Below are positions 28,827 to 42,169 of a stretch of DNA of 64,000 nucleotides, in pieces. This DNA comes from the human T2T-CHM13v2.0 reference genome, Homo sapiens. The stretch is from NCBI RefSeq assembly GCF_009914755.1, contig NC_060927.1. One strand, given 5' to 3'. Position 1 is the stretch's first letter, and the number at the start of each line of letters is the position of its first letter. The position numbers and the translations under genes are program-made. The notes below the pieces were generated by a model, which was given only the letters and a program-made list of their open reading frames with translations, searched no databases and was not told where the DNA came from.

Positions 28827-31429
28827 GAAAAACTAACTTTTGAGTACTATGCTATTTGGATGATGAGATCGTTTGTATCCTAAACCTCAGCATCATGCAA
28901 TATACAAAACTGCACATGTACACCCTGAATCTAAAATAAAAGTTGAAATTATAAAAAAAAAAGGCCTTCATGGAGAAATAAAAAAGATAACAATATAAAA
29001 TGTAGAAGAGGAAATTTTTAAAAATAAAATGAGAAAATAAAATGGCTTTTATTAAAAATACAGTCAATGACAGATTCTGCTGAGGATGGATGTGTAAAAA
29101 GGGAAACCCTTGTACACAGTTGGTGAGAATGTAAATTAGTAAAATCACTATGAAGAATAGTATGGAGGTTCCTCAAACAACTAAAAATAAAACTACCATA
29201 TGACCTAGCAATCCCACTGCTGGATAGATACCTAATAGAAAGGAAATCAGTATATCAAAGAGATATACTTCCATGTTTATTATAGCAGTATTCACAATAG
29301 CCAAGATATGGAATCAATCTAAGTTCTATCAATGGATTAATGGATAAAGAAAATGTGGTACATATACACAATAGAATATTATTCAGCCATAAAAAATGAA
29401 ATCCTGTCACTTGCAGTAACAGGGATGGAACGGGAAGACATTATGTTAAGTGAAATAAGACAGGCACAGAAAGACAAATATCACAGGTCCTCACTAACAT
29501 GTTGAAGCTAAAGAAAAATTGAACTCATGGAGATATACAGTAGAATGATGGTTACCAGGGGCTGGTGTGGGTAGTGGGGATGGAAGGATAAAGAGGGATG
29601 GTTAGTGCATACAAGAATATAGATAGAAGAAATAAGATGTAGTGTTTGGTAGCACAATAGGATGACTATAATTAATAATACTTTATTGTATATTTCAGAA
29701 TTACTGAAAGAGTGGAATTGGAATATTCCTAACACAAAGAAATGACAAATGCTTGAAGTGATGAATACCCCTATGATTTGATCATTAATTACCCCCGATT
29801 TGATCATTACAAATGTCACATGTACCTTGTAAATATGTGCAACTATCATGTACTCATAATGGTAAAAAATAAAAAGTAAACAAGAAGGAAGAAGCAGGTT
29901 TAGCACATCTTATCACAAGACAATATATTATTTATATGAACTAGTATGGTGTATTTCTATTTATATGTTACTTTTAAGTTCGCGAAATCAGGCATGTCTC
30001 GCTATCTTTTAAAATTTTCTTTTTAAGTATTTCAGAGGTGTTTATGTGCATATTTAAAGAATACTAGAAATTGACGTTTGTGAATGCCAAGAGAATTATA
30101 CTTCTAGGTCTAGGAAGAATGTAGTTCTGAGCTCATTTAATCCACGCCGTTACACCAGGTCTGAAATCCTGGTTAGTATAAAATTTTTTTTTTTTAAATC
30201 AGCACACAAATGTATATTTTTCCTCTAAGAATGCATGTTTAAATTAACACTTTGAGGCTATGCTATAGTGAGTAAGACTTTTTTTAAAAAACATCCATGA
30301 GGTTGGGACAGTTTCATCTCAGTAGAAAATATCTTTCACACCTAAAATTTTTATTGAATGCTATAAGTCTAAAAAAATTATTTTAAACAGCTGAGATTTT
30401 ATAGCCACTCAGGGATAATAAAAATTTTGAAAAAGATATTATATTATATAGATGAGGGAAATATATTAGTCAATATTGTGACTTTTTAAAGAGTTTGCTC
30501 TTAAAAATAGGATAAAGGAAAATTATTCACTAATCTTTCAGGAAAAATGTCAGTATGTTTTTGCATAAATCCCCTTTTATCACTGTACCCTAAAGTTAAT
30601 GGAAGGATTATGTGGTTCAGGATGTTCTGGCTGTAGTGAACTCTGATCCTTCCTGCTTGGCCAGGAAGTGCATGCTCTCTGATTATAACAGGCAGCAAAT
30701 CCTCAGAACCTTTAGAGAGTTTCTGAAGAGCATGTGAATTGTTAATCCCATACTGCTAAAAATATATGAATGGAGCTTTGGAATTGATCTAACATCTCTA
30801 CGTACATGATATTATTTTCTCTTTGCTGAGGCTCCAAGAAGCAATTTGGGTGGCCAGTCTCCCATATTGTGGGTAATAAAACTAGATTTAGAGAGATCTA
30901 ATGATCTGTTCAATATCATATGGCTCATAAATAGCTAAGGAAGAAACAAAAAATAATTCTTCTAATTTAAAATTCAGTGCTTTTCTGTATCTTTCTACAC
31001 TTTTTTTCTGAATTTTTTTTCACAAAGTTTGTTTTCTGATTCCAAGTATACAGTTCATAAGTTAGACTTTCTTCTTCACTTGAAAAATGGTAGAAGGCAG
31101 CGGGAATCTAGAAAAAAACCCTATTGTTTTCAAATTTAAATACTTTAGGAGAAAAGAGGTATAAAAGCAATAATAAAGGGATCGGAATTCCTGAAAGGGA
31201 ATTTCAAGCATTATTTATGGATTTATGCAGAGAAAACTAAGTTTCTATAGTACATGCAAGTCATTCCTCCATAGGAGGATAAAACTTTATTTAAAGCACA
31301 CCTTTGAGTTTCAGTGTAAAAGCAGGCATGCTGCTTCCCAGAGCCGGTGGTGAGATATAACAGAAAGAAGTACTTTTGCTAGAGAACTAATCAGGATTTC
31401 AAGGAATGTGAGAACGGGTGATAACTTAC

Positions 31430-31540
31430 TTTCATGGCTCAGTCCAAGTGCACAAAGAAGAGAACGATTACTTTCTCTCTCACCAACTAATACCCTTATA
31501 TCAGAGTCTCCTAAAGGCTCTGTGAAAATGTTTTCCATTT
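31430..31540 (-). other. Candidate 111-nt spliced exon (unverified)
   Basis: Minus-strand acceptor ctttctctttctttcag|aa and donor gaaa|gtaagt; one open frame. Confidence 0.35.
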
Positions 31541-31814
31541 CTGAAAGAAAGAGAAAGATTCACCCAGACATATAGGAGGTGAATTTCTGTACTGACCTTG
31601 CTTAGAAAATATAGGTTAACATGGAGACGTCACTTCCAATCTCCTGTTTGCCTATTTGCTACTGAGAGGCAGCCCTGGGAGAAAATGTATGAAGAAAATA
31701 AATATTTCTACCTTAATATTTTGGCTAGTCATATGCGAGGGAAGAAAACCCATGAGGAAATGTGATAATTAAAGCACCTCTATAGTGAGACATGCTATAA
31801 TATAAACAATATTT

Positions 31815-32050
31815 TATAGTAATGACAATAGCAATTATTTATTATTTACATATGTGATGAATTGTGCTAAGCCCTTTACTTGTATTACAATAGGAGATAG
31901 TTACTTATATTATTTTCATTTTATAGATAAAAAAAATTGGGCTTGAGAAATTTAAATAACTTCATCATCACAACGCTTTAGTAAATGACTGAGCTTGGAT
32001 TTAAACTCACATAGCTCAGAGCCCAGAGGGTATGCTCTTAACCACTGCAT
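31815..32050 (-). mobile_element. MIR
   Basis: cattttatagataaaaaaaattgggcttgagaaatttaaataactt...gagcttggatttaaactc...tgctcttaaccactgc. Confidence 0.78.
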
Positions 32051-33720
32051 TCTTAAATACTGTAGTATTTAAGTACTGGCTACTAACATACTGTTAGTGC
32101 AATACTGGCTCTTAGACAGGAAATTTCTACATCTCTCTATAGGAATCTGACTCTTAACGGTCAATGGCAATGTTAAGAGGACAAATGTATTGAAAAAACA
32201 GAGTTAAAAGCATCATATTTTTAGAATGGGGAATTTCTTGGCTAAAAACGTATCTGTTGGTTAAATATAGTCAAAGACTGAACTGAATTGATTGAACATG
32301 CATTGATTTTGATTTTAGTTGCTGCCACATCATATTGTGATTCTGACCATGCAAAATCGTTTTCAATACCTAAAATAATATTCAAAACACCATAAACAAT
32401 GGGTGACCAGAAAGGAGAAATGATATCAAGTTTCCAGTCTAACTTGACTTCCCAACCGTCACATTTGCACATTGTTTTAGTCTCTTTTTACTGCCAAGAA
32501 GTGATATCAGAACAAGCCAGATGAATGAGAATTGTTTTTTCCCTAATTAGTATTGCAGACCTTCCATCAGCTCTTGGTGAGCCCTTGATGCCACGGCACT
32601 TTCTGAAAACATCCAGTGAGCAGACGCAGACAATTTTCTGTTGCCCAACCTTTATGACTGCTTTCTGTATTAGTCTTTGGTAATGAGGAATAGAAGAAAA
32701 CAGGTCTGCAGACAAGTAGGAGGAAATCTTCATGCCATTATTTTTCATCCATTATGGTACACTAATTAAAAGGACTTGAAAAAGTTTGCAGTATAAACCC
32801 ATTTTTGAAACTTTGTCCACGTTATTCCTAAAAATGTGTTTATTGTCAATGTCATCTGTCAAGTCACCCTGAAAATGCTTTAGTTAAGGAATTTCTCTAG
32901 GTGCCCAAATTTATAAAGTTACTGTGTGAAATATGTTATTGTCCAAAGACTGACAGTGAGTTGATATAGATAGGGCAATTGTTCAGGTACAATTCCCTGT
33001 ATTTCTTGTGAGCTTGACAAGTCACAGATATCTTATATGCAGTCATCATTATGACGTGAAATCACTTCTAGGTCCAAGGAGTGCATTGTTGACAATGTTA
33101 TGGTGAACATAAATAAGAAAAACCATGGGCAAGATGAAATCTTCTGTTAAAATAAGTGAAAAAATTAGAGCTTAATAAAGTGAAAGAATACCCTCTCCTT
33201 CCAAAAAATCCTATGATTATTGCTAAAATAACATTTTTTCCCTTTTCCAGAGGGTTACATAAATTGTATTTCTTACTTTTTAAATGCAATATGGAAGTAA
33301 AAGTAATGTTATTGTTATATCTTTTTCATGTGAATTTATCTCCCCCGTAAGATTTTACTTTGGCAACTTTATTTTTTATTTACTTCTAAATAAAAATATT
33401 TTATCATCACTTAGTACTCAGAATGAACTGAAGTGGTATGCACCGGTTAGCCAGTTAGCACATATTGAAGTTTTAACTCCTAATCAACAACACAAACCTG
33501 TAAACTAAAATCACTCTAATTTTCTTTAACATACTACAAATCAACAAAGGAAAGAGATAAAATTTTCCATCCCAGTGCATGGGTGATAAAATGTTATAAA
33601 TTTCCTGAGCAAACTTATTTCTGAAATACTCTTCTACTGTTTTTTTTTTATTTTTAAAAATGTGGAATTATTAGTGAGGATATGTAAAGGAAAACCAGCC
33701 TGCTGGGATAAGAGCTGTAA

Positions 33721-33805
33721 TAGAGTTGCCAGATTAAGCAAATAAAAATACGCAATGCCTAAAGTGAATTTTAGATAAATAATTGTTCAGCATAAATATG
33801 CCCCC
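33721..33805 (+). mobile_element. MER53 fragment
   Basis: tagagttgccagattaagcaaataaaaatac...gaattttagataaa matches the MER53 terminus. Confidence 0.7.
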
Positions 33806-35569
33806 TACCACACTATATCCTAAAGTACCAATAATGTTTTTCTCTGGATCATGGAATTATTTGTGGTTTTAATTTCTTTCTTCTTGATTACTCAGTGTGT
33901 GGTGTTTAGTGAGAATTGATTTTCTAGAACAGAAGTCTAGGAGAGGACAGAACACACCCCTTGTATTTTGGCACTGCCATAAAGTAAAAGATTCCTTAGG
34001 CCCAGACTGAGGTTCCTTTTATCAGAATCCACCGAAGTATCTTTCAGAAGGGAGGAATCAAAAAAGAATAGACAAATTGCTCAGAGGGTTGAGTAGTTAG
34101 GGACTAGGCAAAGACTGAAAAGAGTCAGAAAGCAAACAAGCAAACTGCAGGGCTGAACAGAGTATTTCCCTTAGAGGTGGAGAAACCAAGGACAGGTTTT
34201 TCATGTTGAAACGCCACAATGCTGGGTGAAGACATCTTGTGCCTTTCACCTGCTATTTGGTTGTTCTTTGTGAGACAGAGCTGGGGGTGTGATGGCGGAG
34301 AGAGGAAGGATGAGGATGACGGGAAAGTGAGGCCCAGTGGAGCAGTATGAGGAAGCCGCTGTGGGGAATTTTATGGACGGGGTGATCTCAGAGATCACTT
34401 TCATTGTCAAAATTATATTTGATGACTAATGGAAGAACTAGTTTTAGGCAATTTCTAATCTTGCCAAGGTTTTGAGTTTAAGTGGATAGGGCACCATTAG
34501 ACAAATTCTGAATGAATTCCCTGATTTATTAACTTATAAAATGCAGGGAGGACCAACAGTTTATAAAAGCAGGGAGCAGCAAAAGCACACATCTGAAAGT
34601 CCTGCCTTTTGCATAATGTGCAAGAGTTCTGCATACATATGCTTGATGTCCAAAAAATTATCACAAGTCCTGAATTGTTGGAGAAGAAAAGAATGATATA
34701 CAGGCTTGGAAAGAGATACTTTCTCTGAAGGTACACTGTGAGAAGCAGCAGCATCCCAGCCTGCAAGTGCTCTGTTGTAAAATTTGAAAGAGAATCGGAA
34801 GGCAACACCCAAACTGCTGCTTCATAAAGATGGCCTGTCTCTCCCTGGGCATTGTTTAATAATAATCCTTTGAACCCTAATATCAAAATATCAAAATCTT
34901 ATCTGTAGATTTCTAGCTTAGAAATTTGTGAGAGAAAGAAGCTGAAAACACGGTAGCTAGCAGATGCCTGGCAGTGACCAGGCAAACAACTTTAAAATAG
35001 ACTTGTATTCATACTCAAATTAAAAATGCCATATAACTTGTTTATATTAGATTAACCGCTTGTTCCTCATAGTCAGCCAGATCAGAACTTCCACCACCAT
35101 TCTATTCCTATGCCAAGTTCCGGATTATGCATCAAGACTGGATGGTGTGGGGAATGCTACTTGCCTCCAGCTGATGCAGATCAATAACCCAGACACAAGA
35201 ACCATTTGGGAGAATGAGTCGCTTCCTGGTCTAAGCACCAGCTCCAGGCAATGGTTGACCAAACAAATACAAAATCATAATGAACAAAACTGAGACTTCC
35301 ATTGAATCGTTAAAGAGGAGAGTTTGTGATAAATGAATGTGTATTTTAACAAGCAGGGGGCAATTTTATGAAACTCATGCCTTAAAAAGGGACTCTAGAC
35401 CAGAAACAACAATGACAAAAGACCAGAACAAGGTAAAGAACTTTAAAAATGTGGTGGAGTAAATGAAAACACAGATCTTCTCACATAAAACCGTTCGTGA
35501 GATTACCAGAAAAGGAAAAAAGAAATTAACATCCGCCAAAATGAACTGGTTAGAAATTCAACACCCATG

Positions 35570-35830
35570 TTAAATATTTCCATCTTTGTCTTTGGTTAAA
35601 TTTAAAGGGAACTGCTAATATTCACCATTAAGTATGATGTCAGGATTTAGCTTCATACAGATATCATTTATTATGGTAATCATATGGTTATTCTAGAACA
35701 TTAAGTTAATTTGAATGCAACTGTTTCTTGAATTTCATCGAATGCATTTTTGACACTTATTAAGATGAGCATGTGATTTTCCATCTTTAGACTATAAATG
35801 TAGATTACGTAAGTAGAATATTCTGTGGCT
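35570..35830 (-). mobile_element. Old L1M fragment
   Basis: ttcaccattaagtatgatgt...gaatttcatcgaatgcatttttgacacttattaagatga, antisense ORF2-like. Confidence 0.6.
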
Positions 35831-35931
35831 GAACCTATTCTACTGAACCATGACTTACTTTGAGAGGCTTTCTATGACTCCCTCCTATAAGTTTAGATCT
35901 TTCTTTTAGGTGTCCCCATAGCACCTTGTAC

Positions 35932-36640
35932 CAGGCGTACCCCAACATTTGCAGGGCCTGGGGTAAGAATTCAAAGGAAGGCCCACATCCCATATGTCTA
36001 AATATTTTAAAACTACAAATCAAGCTAACAAACCATTAAACAAAGTATGTTCTATCCTCCTACCTTGACAAATATATCCTCAAAACCACCTGGAAAACTA
36101 GGTTCAAATTAGAATTCTCAGAATCCTTGGAGTTCTGTGCAGGAACATGACTGTGGGAAGAAATGGCTTCCAGCTGCTTGTCCTGTCTGTCGCCCCTTAC
36201 CCTTCCTTCCCGCTTCTGCCTCCATCCAGAACTTCAGAAGGGGGCTTTTCTTGTATGTGCCTGGACAACCCAGACCAAGCATTTAAACTGTTCACTATCT
36301 CCCCTAAATAGTCACCCATTGGTGGACACACAAAAAACAAAGTCAGTCTTCAGGAGGGTGGACCTCTTCTGCCTGTGGGAGCAGGTTTGTATTGTTTGAG
36401 CAGGGAATTCGAGTATCCCTGGCCCCCAGAGGTGGGTCTAATGGGGGTTGTGGGCTCCAGATGGGCATGCCAGGATGCCCACAGATATCCCCTCACCCCG
36501 TGTGCCTCTCTCTTTGCCTAGAAGAGAGGAACACAGCTCAGGGCAGGCCTGGATGAGGTTCTCTGAAACCTGGGATAAGAGCAGAGGTCCTTTTATGCTT
36601 GGATCTAAGGGTACTAGTGCCTCGGACTGTCCAATCATCA
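35932..36640 (+). mobile_element. MER115-like hAT-Tip100 element
   Basis: cccaacatttgcagggcctgggg...ggcccacatcccatatgtctaaatatttt...caagctaacaaac...ttctatcctcctaccttgacaaata; 3' boundary approximate. Confidence 0.7.
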
Positions 36641-36659
36641 CAGTCATCCAAGTTTTTTT

Positions 36660-36790
36660 TTCTACTTCTTTACTCCTAGCTAGACTTTAAGCCCCATATG
36701 GGCAAGGATCTGCCTTGTTCACTTTTGTATCACCAGTCCCAGCACAGTGCCTGGCATCAATTAGGTATTTATAAATATTTATAAAATAAA
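36660..36790 (+). mobile_element. L2 3' end
   Basis: tagactttaagcccc...ggcaagga...cccagcacagtgcctggca...ataaatattt. Confidence 0.75.
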
Positions 36791-37270
36791 AGAAATGCTA
36801 GTCATTTAAAAATGGGGTTGTATCTTTTAAAGTACATATGCAACATTTATAAAATTTATGTGTTAGGGCTTAATGAATAATTTTAATTAAAAGTCAAAGT
36901 TTTATAGGCTTTTTTTTTACTACACTGTTATAACATTGGAAATAAATAGCATAAATATAAACAAAACTCATCCACATAGAAAATGAAAAATTATTTTAAA
37001 TGATAATAGAAAGAAGGGAAGATTTTAAAATTTGGCAAGATACTTAGGAAGAAATTAATACTTATGTTAATATTCTTAACAACATTTCTAAGACAGAAAA
37101 CTAGAAACATTTTAAATCGCCAGGAATTGGGAAATAGTTATATCACATTGATAGAGTACTATTAAGCCAATGAAATAATAATAGTAAAGATGAATGATAA
37201 TATGAAAATTTTGTACAATCTAATTTTAAGTGAAAAATGTACAATGCAAAAGATAGACCATATACTTAAC

Positions 37271-40200
37271 TTTATTATTTATTTTATTTTAAGTTCTGAG
37301 GTACATGTGCAGGATATGTAGGTTTGTCACATAGGTAAACGTGCGCCCTGGTGGTTTGCTGCACAGATCATCCCATCTCCTAGGTATTAAGTCCAGCATT
37401 AGCTATTTTTCCTGATACTCTCCTTCCTCCTTCTCTCCCCGAAAGGCCCCAGTGTGTGTTGTTCCCTTCCCTGTGTTTATGTGTTCACATTGTTCAGCTC
37501 CAACTTATAAGTGAAAACATGTGGTGTTTGGTTTTCTATTCCTGTATTAGTTTGCTGAGAATAATGGCTTCCAGCTCCATCCATGTCCCTGCAAAGAACA
37601 TGATCTCATTCCTTTTTACGACTGCATAGTATTCCATCATATATATGTACCACATTTTCTTTATCCAGTCTATCATTGATGGGCATTTGGATTGATTCCA
37701 TGTCTTTGCTATTGTGAATAGCGCTGCAATGAAGTATTCACAATAGCAAAGACTTGGAATCAACCTAAATATGCATGCATGTATCTTTATAATAGAATGA
37801 TTTATATTCCTTTGGGTGTCTACCCAGTAATGGAATTGCTGGGTCAAATGGTATTTCTGGTTCTAGGTCTTCAAGGAATCGTTACACTGTCTTCTACTAT
37901 GGCTGAACTAATTTACATTCCCACCAACAGTGTAAGTGTTCCTATTTCTCCACAGCCTTGCTAGCATCTGTTGTTTCTTAACTTTTTAATAATTGTCATT
38001 CTGTCATGAGATAGTATGTCATTGTGGTTTTGATTTGCATTTCTCTAATGATCAGCGATGTTGAGCTTTTTATCGTTTGTTTGTTGGCCTCATAAATGTC
38101 TTCTTTTGAGAACTGTCTGTTTACGTTCTTTGCCCACTTTTTAATAGGGTTGTTTGTTTTTTTCTTGTAAATTTGTTGAAATTCCTTGTAGATTCTGGAT
38201 ATTAGACCTTTGTCAGATGCATAGATGGCAAAAATTTTCTCCCATTCTGTAGGTTGTTTGTTTGCCCTGATGATAGTTTCTTTTGCTGTGCAGAAACTCT
38301 TTAGTTTAATTAGATCCCATTTGTCAAGTTTTGCTTTTAGTGCAATTGCTTTTGATGTTTTTGTCATGAAATCTTTGCCTGTCTCTATGTCCTGAATGGT
38401 ATTGCCTAGATTTTCTACTAGAGTTTTTATAGTTTTGGGTTTCACATTTAAGTCTTTAATCCATCTTCAGTTAATTTTTGTGTAAGGTGTAAGGAAAGGG
38501 TCCAGGTTCAATTTTCTGCCTATGGCTAGCCAGTTCTCCCAGCATCATTTATTAAATAAGGAATCCTTTCCCCATTGCTTGTTTTTGTCAGGTTTGTTGA
38601 AGATCAGATGTTGTACATATGTGATCTTATTTCTGAGTTCTCTATTCTGCTCCATTGGTCTATATGTCTGTTTTTGTACCAGTACCATGCTGTTTTGGTT
38701 ACTGTAGCCTTGTAGTATAGTTTGAAGTTGGATAGCGTGATGCCTCCAACTTTGTTCTTTTTGCTTGGGATTGTCCTGGTTATGTGGGCTCTTTTTGGCT
38801 CCATATGAATTTTAAAGTAGTTTTTTCTAATTCTGTGAAGAACGTCAATGGTAGTTTAATGAAAATAACATTGAATCTATAAATTACTTTGGGCAGTATG
38901 GCCATTTTCATGATATTGATTCTTCCTATCCATGAGCATAGGATGTTTTTCCATTTGTTTGTGTCCTGATTTTCTTGAGGAGTGGTTTGTAGTTCTCCTT
39001 GAAGAGGTCCTTCTCTTCCCTTTTAGCTGTATTTGTAGGTATTTTATTCTCTTTGTAGCAATTGTGAATGGGAGTGCATTCATGATTTGGCTCTCTGATT
39101 GTCTATTTTTGGTGTATAGGAATGCTTGTGATTTTTGCACATTGATTTTGTATCCTGAGACTTTGCTGAATTTTCATATCAGTTTAAGGAATTTTTGGAT
39201 TGAGATGATGGGGTTTTCTAATTATAAAATCATGTCATCTGTAAACAGAGACAATTTGACTTCCTCTCTTCCTATTTAAATATGCTTTATTTTTTTTTTC
39301 TCTTGCCTGATTGCCCTGGCCAGAACTTCCAATACCTTGTTGAATAGGAGTATTGAGAGAGGGCATCCTTGTCTTGTGCTGGTTTTCAAGGGGAATGCTT
39401 CCAGCTTTTGCCCATTCAGTATGATATTTGCTGTAAGTTTGTCAAAAATGGCTCTTATTATTTGAGGTATGTTCCTTGAACACCTAGTTTATTGAGAGTT
39501 TTTAACATAAAGAGATGTTGAATTTTATTGAATACCTTTTCTGCATCTATTGAGATAATCATATGGTTTTTGTCTTTAGTTCTGTTTATGTGATGAATTA
39601 CGTTTATTGATTTGCATATGTTGAACCAGCCTTGCATCCCAGGGATAATGCCAACTTGATCGTGGTAAATAAGCTTTTTGATGTGCTGCTGGATTCAGTT
39701 TGCCAGGATTTTATTGAGGATTTTTGGATTGATGTTCATCAGGGATATTGACCTTGAAATTTTCTTTCTTTCTTTCTTTCTTTTGTTTTTTTTGTATCTC
39801 TGCCAGGTTTTGGTATCAGGGTGATGCTGGCCTCATAAAATGAGTTAGGAAGGAGTCCCTCCTTTTCAATTGTTTGGAATAATTTCAGAAAAAATGGTAC
39901 CAGCTCCTCTTGGTACCTCTGGTAGAATTCAGCTGTAAATCTGCCTTGTCCTGGGCTTTTTTTGCTTGGTAGACTATTACTGCCTCAATTTCAGAACTTG
40001 TTATTTGTCTATTCAGGAATTCAACTTGTTCGTGGTACAACCTTGGGTGGGTGTATGTATCTAGGAATTTATCCATTTCTTCTTCTAGACTTTCCAGTTT
40101 ATTTGGTTAGAGGTGTTTATAGTATTCTCTCTGACAATTGTTTGTATTTCTTTGGGGTCAGTGGTGATATCCCTTTTATGGTTTTCTATGATGTCTATTT

Positions 40201-41781
40201 GATTCTTCTCTCATTTCTTCTTAATTAATGTAGCTAGTAGTCTATCTATTCCATTATTTTCTTCAAAAAGCCACCTCCTGGATTCATAAATTTCTTGAAG
40301 GGTTTTTCATGTCTCTATATCCTTCAGTTCTGCTCTGATTTTGGTTATTTCTTGTATTCTGCTAGCTTTATGGTTTGTTTGCTCTTGGTTCTTTAGTTCT
40401 GTTAGTTGCAATGTTAGGATGTCAATTTGAGACCTTTCTAGCTTTCTGATGTGGGCATTTAGTGCTATAAATTTCCCTCTTAACACTGCTTTAGCTGTGT
40501 CCCAGAGATTCTGGTACACTGTCTCTTTGTTCTCATTAGTTTCAAAGAAATTCTTAATTTCTGCCTTAATTTCATTATTTAAGAAGTCATTCAGGAGCAG
40601 GTTGTTCAATTTCCATGTAGTTGCATGGTTTTGAGTGAGTTTCTTAATCTTGAGTTCTAATTTGATTGTGCTGTGGTCTAAGAGACTTATGATTTCAGCT
40701 CTTTTGCATTTGCTGAGGAGTGTTTTATTTCCAATAATGTGATCAATTTTAGAGCAAATGCCATGTGGAGCCAAGAAGAATGTATATTCTGTTGTTTTTG
40801 GGTGGAGATTTCTGTAGCTATCTGCCAGGTCCCCTTTATCCAGAGCTGAGTTCAAGTCCTGAATATCATTGTTAATTTTCTGTCTTGATGATCTAATATT
40901 GACAGTGGGGTGTTGAAGTCTCCCACTGTTACTGTGTGGGACTCTAAGTCTCATTGTAGGTCTCTAAGAACTTGCTTTATGAATCTGGGTGCTCCTGTAT
41001 TAGGTGCATATATATTTAGGATAGTTAGCTTTTGTTGTTGAATTGAGCCCATTACATTAATGCAATGCCCGTCTTTGTCTTTTTTGATCTTTGTTGGTTT
41101 GAAGTCTATTTCATCAGAAACTAGGGTTGCAACCCCTGCTTTTTTCTGCATTCCATTTGCTTGGTAAAGTTTCCTCCATCCCTTTATTTTGAGCCTATGT
41201 GTGTCTTTGTATGTGAGATGGGTCTCCTGATTACAGCACACTGATGGGTCTTAATTCTATCCAGCTTGCTATTCTGTGTCTTTTAATTGGCACATTTAGC
41301 CCATTTACATTTAAGGTTAATATTGCTATGTGTGAATTTGATCCGGTCATCATGATGCTAGCTGGTTACTTTGCAGACTTGTTAATGTAGTTGCTTCATC
41401 GTGTCATTGGTCTGTGTACTTCATTGTGTTTTTGTAGTGGCTGGTACTGGTTTTTCCTTTCCATATTTAGTGCTTCCTTCAGGAGCTCTTGCAAGGGAGG
41501 CCTGGTGGTGATGAATTTCCTCAGCATTTGCTTGTCTGAAAAGGATTTTATTTCTCCTTCCCTTATGAAGCTTAGTTTGGTTGGATATGAAATTCTGGGA
41601 TGGAAATTCTTTGCTTTAAGAATGTTGAATATTGGCCTCCAATCTCTTCTGGCTTGTAGGGTTTCCACGGAGAGGTCTGCTGTTAGTCTGATGGGCTTCC
41701 CATTGTAGATGACTTGACCTTTCTTTCTGGTTGCCCTTAATATTTTTTTCTCCAATTTGACCTTGGAGAATCTGATGATTA
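37271..41781 (-). mobile_element. 5'-truncated L1PA (L1PA11-13-like), ~4.5 kb, frameshifted ORF1/ORF2
   Basis: T-rich tail at 37271; ORF2 remnants 37996-38445 ([18 protein letters not shown]), 40307-41241 (EN: [24 protein letters not shown]); ORF1 C-terminus 41396-41785 (KPIRLTADLSVETLQARRDW). Confidence 0.95.
37685..37770. repeat. 36-bp inverted repeat, 14-nt loop
   Basis: atttggattgattccatgtctttgctattgtgaata (37685-37720) vs tattcacaatagcaaagacttggaatcaacctaaat (37735-37770), 33/36 complementary. Confidence 0.93.
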
Positions 41782-41782
41782 G

Positions 41783-42169
<387 letters not shown>

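Noticed and set aside
34382-34398. Palindrome gtgatctc-a-gagatcac
   Set aside because: An isolated 8-bp arm pair is expected by chance in 64 kb
34497-34886. Three overlapping minus-strand ORFs (up to 129 aa)
   Set aside because: No recognisable domain, non-ATG start for the longest, and no supporting splice structure
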